A stretch of 63,649 nucleotides of DNA, the filler included, from Reclinomonas americana ATCC 50394 (taxonomy: Eukaryota), in the NCBI GenBank assembly GCA_048213135.1. It is 6 parts of 4 records of this genome, joined end to end, with 100 filler letters (N's around TTAATTAATTAA, not from the genome) between each part and the next. Parts side by side here need not be neighbours in the genome. Positions count along the whole stretch, not along the records: positions 1 to 7,039 come from PS015556.1; positions 7,140 to 26,814 come from PS015557.1; 4 more parts are not named here. One strand, given 5' to 3'. The position numbers and the translations under genes were made by a program. Positions 1 to 10,000 of the stretch are shown one piece after another. Numbering within the stretch: the first letter of the stretch is position 1; the number at the start of each line of letters is the position of its first letter. The notes under the pieces were generated by a model. That model was not told the origin of the DNA. It worked only from the letters and a program-made list of their open reading frames with translations, and ran no database searches.

Positions 1-640
1 GAAAGAGAGAGAGAAAGAGAGAGAGAGAAAGAAAGAGTGAGAAGGAAAGAGAATTGGAGAGAAGAGCAAGAGGGAAAGAGAGAGTCATGCTTGCAAGAAC
101 GTCAGAGAAGGCACGCTGATACAGTATGTCATGACTTTGTCGTTAAGCACACGACTGAAAGGCAGAGCAGACAAAGAGGTGCATGCAGAGAAGGAGACAA
201 GAGAACAAAGAAATGACTTTGTAGTTGATAAGCACGAGCGACAGTCAGAGCAGACAAAGAAGTGGTAGAGAAGACACAAGAGTGAAGAGAAAGTTGACAA
301 GCGCACAAGTGACAGTCAAAACAAAGAAGTACATGCAGAGGGAAGGATGCAAGAGTGTTAACGCACAAGAGTGACAGGCACAGGAGACAAAGAAGTGCAT
401 GTGGCAGAGAGAAGGAGACAAAGAGAGAGAGAGAAAGTCAGACAAGTAATGGCTTGTTCTTGACAGAGCACACAAAGAGGCGCAAGAGAAGCGCACGTTA
501 TACACAAACAAGAGAGAACAGAGAAGAGAGGAGAGAGAGAACAAAGAGGGGGTCAATGCACGAAAAACCAACACACAATGCACACTCGGAGAAATACAAC
601 AAACACACACACTCTCTCTCTTGCACACGCGCATACACAC

Positions 641-1028
641 CGGCGTGGTCAACCCTCAGTACGTGGCCGTGTTGACCGCCAGGAACACCTGTGTGAGCAC
701 AATAAAAGAGTGAGCGCGAAAACACACACACACACACACACTGCATCAGTGCACCTTGCCGCGGAACTGGCCCAGCGACACAGGCGCTCCGCTGAGGTCG
801 CCCACAGTGAAGTCTTTGACAGGCACACAGCAGCAGCAGAGCATGAGTCTTCTCAACTTCTCTTCTCTCTCAGTGTCTTGTTTGCTCACCAAACACGCCC
901 TTTCCAGTAGAGTCATGCGCGCAGGTGATGTTGTAGCCGGCGGCATGGGCGCTCTGCGCGAGCGCAACGACCATGATGGCCGCAAGCAGCATAAAGCCGC
1001 GCAGCATGCACGCTCGCGAGGAGCGCAT
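641..1028 (-). CDS. GPX: Secreted glutathione peroxidase with in-frame TGA (selenocysteine); 5' part only, gene runs off the left edge
   Basis: Exons 1028(or 1007)-890, 813-755 and 688-641 join by GT-AG introns. They read MLRGFMLLAAIMVVALAQSAHA (signal peptide)...DFTVGDLSGAPVSLGQFRGK|VFLAVNTATY*GLTTP. The TGA (658-656) lies exactly at the GPx active-site position of the VNVASxU/CG motif. Confidence 0.9.
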
Positions 1029-1839
1029 GAGAGAAAAGCTTGAGTAGAGCTGAGTAGAGCGAGGCCCAAATTCCGTCCGTCCATGTCCGGATTGTGTGGG
1101 CAAAGCATGTTGCTGTGCAGCTCGTACGCGAGAGCGGCAGCAACTTCACTGATCTACCATACCGCTGCGTGAACAGACGCGCGCCGAGGATGCGGAGGAA
1201 GCGACAGCTGTCGCGATATCGAGATATCGAAGTTTTCAGCAGGCGCAACTCCGAGCTGGAGTAATCTGCCTGCTCTCTCCGGACCCGCCAGAGGAGATCG
1301 AAAGTATTCAAGATCCAAGAGACTGTAGAAACACTAGCTTCGAGTTCCGGATCAATTAATTCGAATTCCTTTTTCGTGTCTGGCGTCTCTGGCACCCCCA
1401 AAGTGGGTTTCACTGTCAGTACTACTATCCGGACCCAACAGAGGAGATCGAAAGCATTCAAGATCCGAGCTTTGCCCCAGCAGAAACCTTTGCATTCAGC
1501 TTCGGTATGCAGCCCGTCACACGGATTCGATCGCTTCAAGCGCTTGCACAGCCGTTCGATTCAGCCGGACCCGTGTATTCATACCTCGAAGCACTAGAAT
1601 CCTCTGTCTTAGCAGGCGCGGATCCGGAGACCGTCGAGCCCCACGATTGCGAATATTATTAATTCGACTGCGAACAGTTTCCGTCCGCTGCGCTCGATGT
1701 CAAGAATTCCTTTGCACAAGCGGACCCCATGCACCTCCGGTCGACACTGCAATATCACGGCTCCAAACACACCTTCCGCTTCTCGGCACTCGACCAGCGA
1801 AATCCATCGATTCGATTACCGATTTCGTACACACAATCC

Positions 1840-2012
1840 ATGAGCGGAGAAGGATCATCGTCTTCCGACACCTCCAAGCGACCAGCGCAACAAGAGGAGG
1901 CAAGCAACGCCAGTGGCAGTGCAAGTGGCTCCGGGCCCAACAACAGCGCGTTCGAGTGCAACATTTGCTTCTCAACTCTTGTGGAACCCGTGTTGCGTCA
2001 TCCCCCCGCGAA

Positions 2013-2049
<37 letters not shown>

Positions 2050-2967
2050 GTGAGAGAGAAGGAGGGACTGATGAAGGTTCCCTTCTCTCTCTCATTCTCA
2101 CATGCACCGATGCGATGTGAACACGTGTCTGTCTCACTGTCTCTTCATTCTCTCTCTCTCTCTCTCTCCCCCTGTCCCTCTCTCTCCCTCTCACGTGTTT
2201 TACTCACCTCCTCATTGTTCACAGATCAACGCGTTGCGGTCATCTCTACTGGTAATATCTCCGCTCCCTCTTCTCTTCTCTTCTCTTCTTCTCCTTGTCA
2301 CTCACTCTCACACTCTCTCCTCTTTGCAGCTGGGAATGCCTGTACAGATGGCTGGAGGCTGGTCACGGCAACTGCCCAGTGTGCAAGGGCGCAGTGAGCA
2401 CCGACGATGTCATTCCGCTGTATACACGTGGTGATGAGAGTGATGCGCGTGCAAGGTGCGACACCTCTGTCTTGCCTTATGATCACTGTGCCTTTCTGTT
2501 CTGCATTCTGTTAAGGGGTGCCTTCCTGTGCTCATTCTACCATCTCTCACCACCCATCGTCCTCTGTCTCCAGTCTGACTCCCATCCTTCGTCGTTCCTA
2601 TTGTCATCGCCCTCCCTCCCTCCCTTTCCCCTTACCCCCCCCCCTCTCCCCCCAACCCTTCCCCTTCCCCAGAGACCACAGCGTCCCCCGCCGCCCGGCC
2701 TCCCAGCGCGCCGAACCCCCTCCCGAACCCCCCCGTCGTCCCTTTGGCGCACCGTTCGGCCACCCCGCCGGTGCCGCCGACTTCCACAACGCCGGCGGCT
2801 TCAACGTCAGCATGGGATTCGGCCTGTTTCCCGGCATTCTCGGCGCGCAGTTCACGTGGGGCGGGGCTCCGGGCCAACCGCAGACCGAGGAGCAGCAGAC
2901 GCGCGACAACTTTTCGCGCATCCTGATGGCGGTGGCGATTGCCATCATCTTTCTCCTGCTCTTCTAA
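1840..2967 (+). CDS. RNF5: RNF5/RNF185/RMA1-like C3HC4 RING E3 ligase with C-terminal membrane anchor
   Basis: Exons 1840-1991, 2225-2251, 2330-2455 and 2673-2967 give FECNICF...[20 protein letters not shown]...CPVCKG...VIPLYTRG...PRRP..QR...GFGLFP...FSRILMAVAIAIIFLLLF*. Confidence 0.9.
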
Positions 2968-3316
2968 AACTAGGTTCCTTTGTACAGTGAAATTTGCTAC
3001 ACAATTCCAGGCGTGTGCACTCGGGGAGAAAGGAGCAGCAGACGCGCGACAACTTTTCGCGCATCCTCATGGCGGTGGCGATTGCCGTCATCTTTCTCCT
3101 GCTCTTCTATAACTAAGTTTCTTTGTACAGTGAAATTTGCTACACAAATCCAGGCGTGTGCACTTGGGGAGAAAGGAGCAGCAGACGCGCGACAACTTTT
3201 CGCGCATCCTCATGGCGGTGGCGATTGCCGTCATCTTTCTCCTGCTCTTCTAAAACTAGGTTCCTTTGTACAGTGAAATTTGCTACACAATTCCAGGCGT
3301 GTGCACTCGGGGAGAA
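2888..3316. repeat. Three near-identical tandem copies of a 143-bp unit (last codons, stop and 3' UTR of the RING gene)
   Basis: Units start at 2888, 3031 and 3174 (AGGAGCAGCAGACGCGCGACAAC...GGGGAGAA) and differ by only a few substitutions. Confidence 0.95.
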
Positions 3317-3340
3317 AGAGAAAGAGAGTCTCCCGTTGCT

Positions 3341-5196
3341 TCAAAATACGCGCGACCTCTCCTCACTCGCCAACGATATCGGCGGCAGCTTGTCGGCATC
3401 GGCCTCGTCGAACACCACCGCATGCGGCTCCACGGAGAAGCCCGCCGCGTCGATCTCGGCAAGGGAGAGCAGGTTGTCGAGGCATTGAGCGCCATTGCCG
3501 CGCTCCACGTGCACATACAGCTGGCCGTCGCGTACACCCACGACGTGCGCGGTGAGGCGGCTCTCACGGTGTCGGAATCTGCGTGGCATAGTCAGACGAC
3601 GAGGGACGGGAGAAGAACGAACACTGAAGAGAGGAGATCGCCGACGCAACACTGTTCCATGCGTTGCGCTGAATGACAGGCACGACTCGTCACTCAGATC
3701 GAATGACACGGCACATGTCTGCGTGCGACGAGGGTGGGTTTTCGACAGAGGGTGATGTCAACACCGATGACACACACCTGATCTTGCGTCGACATCATGT
3801 AGTAACACGAGTCGCGACTCATGCTCGGCCTCCGCTCGTCCACTCGCAGATTGGTGACGCACTGCTCCGGAGTCGAGTACTCGACAAATGTGGTGGCTCC
3901 TGTGCGGTCTTGTCAGAAACGCGGATCAGAGGATTCAGCGAAACGGGACGCACCGCTTGTGTCAAACTCGTGCATCCACAACCGTCCATCCGCCACTCCC
4001 AGCACAACTGCCTCTCTGCCGGGCGCAATCTACAATGGCAGCAACATGGTGAATTATGGGAAAGGTAACTCTGAAGACTGACAAAAATTCTGGATCGGCT
4101 ACACTATCACTGAACGACGCCACTCACCGTCACCAAATCGCCATGCCCGACACCAAACCGCCCGACCTCCACCCGACTGATCTTCACTCGCAGCAGAAAG
4201 CCCGACCGCGTTCGCACGACCAGAGTCCGATGAATGTCGGTCTGCAGCAAAAATAAACATTTGACAAACCACGACTTCACAGAACAGTGACAGTTTCTGC
4301 GCAACTGGCAGCTTCACCACTTGATCCGGTCGCAGGCTCTCCATGGGGTACGCACCAATACTGCCGTCGTCCACAAACCACAGACTGCCGCCACGGAATC
4401 CGACACAGCTGGCCAACCGACCCTCCTTCCCAGGCTTCTTCAACAGCACGCGATCTCCATGTGCGTAGGAAAAGCGGCTGCACGCGGTGTGCGACCGATC
4501 AAAGGCCAGCATGACAGGTGGATCGGCGAGTCCCGGAAACAGGAAAATGTCTTCGTCGCCCGTCTGCAATTTCGTCCATGAGTTCGAGCAGCAATACGGG
4601 ATGGGGCGAGAGGCAGTCACTCACTCACCTCCAACCGAAAACCAGCTTCCTCGCACTCCGCTCGCGTGGTGAATGTGGGTGGGTACGTGCTGACGTGCCG
4701 ATTGCCGTCCTTGACAAACCACATGCGATTGTCGAGCACACCCAAGAACGTGGCACGCCTGTTCTCGTGATCCACCACTCGCCAGCCGGGATAGTAGCCG
4801 CAGGGGATGCAGAAGTTTGACTCGGTGTGCAACAGCACTCGCTCATTGGCCTGGTTGACCACCATCAAGCGCTCCGTCACCTCGGGCATGTTGGTGGCCT
4901 CTTCGTTGCGCATGTGCGCGCACAGCGGTCGGTGTCGGTAGCTATTAAAGTGGAAAGTGACATAAGTGAAGGGTGAAACTGAAGGAGAGGATGGGAGGTG
5001 CAGACGAAACATGGGATCGTGGTGCGGCTCCCAGTGGCTGACCTCCAGTCCGCAGCAATAGCATCGGACCTGTTCACGAGGTGAGGGAGGATAGAAGAAG
5101 AGAGAGAAGGACAAAGGCAGATGAAGAGGGCAACAACGCAACGCGATCAGGGGCATCGGGCGCCGGGCACCAGTAAAAGCCGCACGCAGCGAGGCT
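3341..5196 (-). CDS. BIR-like zinc-finger protein followed by four copies of an uncharacterised ~80-90 aa repeat; 5' end unresolved
   Basis: The spliced N-terminal part reads SLAACGFYWCPAPDAPDR|VRCYCCGLEVSHWEPHHDP|IYRHRPLCAHM, with the BIR hallmarks LA.xGFY, D.V.C..C, W and DP..xH. Repeats follow, such as FDRSHTACSRFSYAHGDRV...SCVGFRGGSLWFVDDG and FDLSDESCLSFSATHG...HVVGVRDGQLYVHVE. The stop is at 3341-3343. Confidence 0.75.
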
Positions 5197-5507
5197 CTGT
5201 CGGAGCGTGCTCAGAGAAGTGAGAATCGCGATGGACTCGTCTTTGTGCTTCTGTTCAGCGACGACTCAACTCTCTCTCTCTATGAGAGAGCAAGTCTTGC
5301 CTCTCACCCATCTGCTCTATTCTCACAGCGCGAGTGAGCAGCCATTCCCTGTTGCTTGTCTCTCAGTGTACTAATGCATGCAAGTGTACAAGCGAGTGAT
5401 GTGTGTGTGCAGTGAGGAAGACAAAGACGCATGCCCACACTCTCTGACACATTCTGCGCCATTCTCTCTTGCCTCACTCCCTCAGAGTGTGTGACTGTGA
5501 GTGTGCA

Positions 5508-5509
<2 letters not shown>

Positions 5510-5579
<70 letters not shown>

Positions 5580-6460
5580 TAGACGAGACGAAGACGACGT
5601 CTCTCTCTCTCTCTCNNNNNNNNNNNNNNNNNNNNNNNNNNNNNNNNNNNNNNNNNNNNNNNNNNNNNNNNNNNNNNNNNNNNNNNNNNNNNNNNNNNNN
5701 NNNNNNNNNNNNNNNNNNNNNNNNNNNNNNNNNNNNNNNNNNNNNNNNNNNNNNNNNNNNNNNNNNNNNNNNNNNNNNNNNNNNNNNNNNNNNNNNNNNN
5801 NNNNNNNNNNNNNNNNNNNNNNNNNNNNNNNNNNNNNNNNNNNNNNNNNNNNNNNNNNNNNNNNNNNNNNNNNNNNNNNNNNNNNNNNNNNNNNNNNNNN
5901 NNNNNNNNNNNNNNNNNNNNNNNNNNNNNNNNNNNNNNNNNNNNNNNNNNNNNNNNNNNNNNNNNNNNNNNNNNNNNNNNNNNNNNNNNNNNNNNNNNNN
6001 NNNNNNNNNNNNNNNNNNNNNNNNNNNNNNNNNNNNNNNNNNNNNNNNNNNNNNNNNNNNNNNNNNNNNNNAGAGAGAGAGAGAAAGAAAGTACTTAGGC
6101 GTGCAAAGGCGACACTTAGGCGTCGCCTTAGGTCGCCAAAAGGCGTCTATTCTCTCGAACTCACTCACACACACTGTTGCACACACACACACTCACACAC
6201 GCACACACTCACTCACTCACTCACTCACTCACTCACTCACTCACTCACACACTCTCTCTCACACTCACTCACTCGCTCACACACTCACTCACACACTCAC
6301 TCACACACTCACTCACACACTCACTCACTCACTCACTCACTCACTCACTCACTCACTCACTCACTCACTCACTCACTCACTCACTCACTCACTCACTCAC
6401 TCACTCACTCACTCACTCTCACTCTCACTCTCTCTCTCACACACACACACACACACAATC
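5510..6460. repeat. (TG)n, (CT)n and long (ACTC)n microsatellites around an N gap
   Basis: Directly visible: (TG)n at 5510-5577 and (ACTC)n at about 6205-6420. Confidence 0.95.
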
Positions 6461-6562
6461 TCTGTCTCTCTCTCACACTTGCACACCCTCTCCCTTTGCA
6501 TTGTCAGATGGACACGCACACCTCCCTCTCTCTCTCACACATCGCCCTTTCCTCTTCATTAG

Positions 6563-6993
6563 AGCACCGCACTTGTGTTCCTTGCGGATGTGCTGGAGTA
6601 CCTGGAGAGGCAATCGCGGGATTTTGTCGGCTTTCCGGGCACTTGTCGCTTGGTGGCACACGCGCTCGGCGAGGTCAACAATCTCATGAGTGATGAGGAG
6701 TTTGCAGAGCAGGCGACGTTGACTCCCACGGCGTTGGCGGTGAGTGGGATGCCACGGAGGAGTTCGGGAAGAGGGGAAGGGACTGTCAAGCAGAAGCTTT
6801 CACATCAACCAAACGTGTTCCTGAGAATCCCATATCGCGAAGTCCCTTCTTCGTTCCTCCTTGTTGTCGCTCTGCTGAATCACACTCTCACCCCCTCCCG
6901 CCCTCACACAATCTCTGGTTCTGCGTCTCTGTCTCACTTCCCAATTCCGCATCACAGGTTCTCATCCCTCCCTGGTCTCTCGTTCTCTCTCTA

Positions 6994-7039
<46 letters not shown>

Positions 7040-10000
7040 NNNNNNNNNNNNNNNNNNNNNNNNNNNNNNNNNNNNNNNNNNNNTTAATTAATTAANNNNN
7101 NNNNNNNNNNNNNNNNNNNNNNNNNNNNNNNNNNNNNNNGCTCTCTCTCTCTCTCTCTACATTTCCTTCTCGCTCTCTGCGTCGTACATTCTGCGTTGTC
7201 CTTCCTCTTTCGTCTGTCTCTTTCTCTTTCTCTCTCTGTCTCTCTTTCTCTCCCTCTCTCTCATTCTCTCGCTCTCTCTCTCCCCTCTCACTCTCTCCGC
7301 CTTTCCTTCTCGCTCTCTGCATCTCACACTCTTCGTCTTGCTCCTCCCTTTCTCTCTCTCTCTCTCACACTCTCTCTCCCTCTCTGGACTCTTTCTCTGT
7401 CTCTGTCCCACTCTCTGCCTTTCCTTCTCGCTCTCTGCATCTCGCACTCTCCGTCTCCCTTCCTCTCTCTGTCAGTCTCTTTTTCTTTCTCTCTTTGTTT
7501 CTCTCCCTGGTCTCTCTTTCTCCTCTCTCAGAATCTCTGCCTTTCCTACTCGCTCTCTGCATCTCACACTCTCCGTCTGTCCTCCTACCTCCCTCGGTTT
7601 GTCTCTTTCTCTTTCTCTCTCTTTGCTTCTCTCCCTGGTCTCTCTTTCTCCTCTCACATTCTCTGCCTTTCCTTCTCGCTTTCTGCATCTCACACTCCGT
7701 CTTCTCTTTCTCTCTCTCATTCTCCCTCCTCCCTCTCACACTCTCTGCCTTTCCTTCTTGCACTCTCCGTCTCCCTTCCTCTCTCTGTCAGTCTCTTTCT
7801 CTCTTTGTTTCTCTCTGTGTGTCTCTTTCAAGTCTCTCACTCTCTTACTTCCTCGCTTTCTTTCTCACTTCCTCCCTTTCCCTTCTTCTCACCCTTTCCC
7901 TTCCCCCCTCCCTTTCCCTTCTCCCACCCTGTCCCTTCTCCTCCCTTCTCCTCACCCTTTCCCTCCCTTTCCCTTCCCCTCACCCTTCCCCTTTCCTCCC
8001 GCAGATGTGCCTGGCCGTGGTCGACGGCATCGTGCAGGGCGGTCTCGAATTCGTCGACGCCAACCGCGACAAGCTGCTCCGCGCCGGCTGCTCGGAATCC
8101 AAGTTGTCTCGCAAGCCCGCCTACTCTCGTTGCGTTCCTCACTCACACACCTTTCCTCTTTTGCTTCATCTCCCTGACGTTGTGGTTGTTGTTGCGCCAC
8201 AGCCATGGAGCCCGACCCTACCCCCTTCGTCTCGGAAGACATGGCGCACATTCGCAACACGCTCTTCCTGCATCGTGTGGCGCTGCACGACTCTGTCCGC
8301 TGCGACTGTTCACGTCCTGTGCTGGGCGACGCAGTCGTGAACACACTGTACGAGTCGCTGGAGAGGCTGCGCTGCTGTCAGGAGCTGTGCATTCAGAACG
8401 GTCGGGCCGAGGTCACCGAGGACATGTGGCTCGAGTGTCCGCTCTCTGCGTTCCAGTTCAACGAGCGTCGCGACCGCCTCAGCGCCGGTGGTTTCAAGAC
8501 CGTGTACAAGTGCGTGAATTATGCAATGTGTGTGTGTGGGGGGAGCATGTTGGTACTCAACGCTCCTTCTCGGCAGAGCGCAATGTCAATTTGACCATCA
8601 CTATTATGCTGTCGGCTTGATGCATAAGGGCGAGTTGCCGGAAGACGAGTGGGTGGCTTTCCGCCGCGAGCTGCGTCTCTCTGGCGAATTCCGCCACCCG
8701 GGTATCGTCAACTTGGTCAGCGCGACGACCGTCAACGTCGGGCGGTTGAACCCACCTGCTATTGTGATGGAGCTGGTCGAAGGTGTGTGCGGTTGTTTTC
8801 AACCGCCGTCTTGCGTTACTCTCGTTTCCACTCGTTTCCACTCGTTTCCACTCGTTTCCACTCGTTTCCNNNNNNNNNNNNNNNNNNNNNNNNNNNNNNN
8901 NNNNNNNNNNNNNNNNNNNNNNNNNNNNNNNNNNNNNNNNNNNNNNNNNNNNNNNNNNNNNNNNNNNNNNNNNNNNNNNNNNNNNNNNNNNNNNNNNNNN
9001 NNNNNNNNNNNNNNNNNNNNNNNNNNNNNNNNNNNNNNNNNNNNAGATGGGGATGGGGAGGAGGAGAAGGGGATGGGAGGAGGAGGAGGATGGGAGGAGG
9101 AGAAGGGGATGGGAGGAGAAGGGGGTGGGAGGAGAAGGGGATAGGAAACGCAACATAAATGGGAGTACCGGCCACAGTCTGCAGCCTGCTCTGATCGCTG
9201 GAGACTTTGGCGAGACCAAAGTCGGCGAGCTTGGCAACTTTGTGATTGCGGTCGAGGAGCACATTGCCGGGCTTCAGATCGCGATGAGCCATGTTTTGCG
9301 AATGCAGGAACTCGAGGCTGCGCAAAGGTGAGACAACAAATGTGCATGGCAGCAGGAGGGTCAAAGCAAAGACGACTCACGTGACGGCGAGCTGCAACAT
9401 GATCTGCAGGCGCTGCACATGTGACGTCGTGCGCGCCAGGTTGTTCTTGTAAATAAAGTCGTCCAAGTCGCCACCTTCGGTCACGGAAGGGATGAGTAGG
9501 GGCAAAAGGAGAAGAATCAAAGAGAGGGGAGATGAGAGGGGAGACGAGTGGGGAGACGAGAAGGGGTGAGAGTGAGACGAGTGGAAAGGAGTGGAAACGA
9601 GAGGAAACGAGTGGGAAACGAGTGGAAAACGATAGGAGACGAGTGGAAACGAGTGGGAAACGAGTGGAAAACGATAGGAGACGAGTGGAAACGAGTGGGA
9701 AACGAGTGGAAAACGATAGGAGACGAGTGGAAACGAGTGGAAAACGAGTGGGAAACGAGANNNNNNNNNNNNNNNNNNNNNNNNNNNNNNNNNNNNNNNN
9801 NNNNNNNNNNNNNNNNNNNNNNNNNNNTTCTCCTCCCATCCTCTTCTCCTCCCATCCCCTTCTCCTCCCATCCTCTTCTCCTCCCACCCCCCTCTCCTCC
9901 CATCCCTTCTCCTCCCATCCACTTTTCCTCCAATCCCCCTCACCCTTTCCTTTTCCCAGATGGCCCCGGAAATCGTCGACGGCGTGCACGGTGTCGAGGT

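Noticed and set aside
656..658. Genome-wide stop-codon reassignment
   Set aside because: TAA, TAG and TGA all end genes at the expected positions, and the only in-frame TGA in a recognised gene is at the GPx Sec site.
5431..8000. Long ORFs rich in SL/HT/CV/ER dipeptides (also elsewhere in the window)
   Set aside because: They are translations of stop-free intronic microsatellites and N runs.
8819..9760. Short regular repeats resembling a CRISPR array or telomere
   Set aside because: These are intronic 10-bp-based minisatellites without unique spacers, in a eukaryotic gene context.
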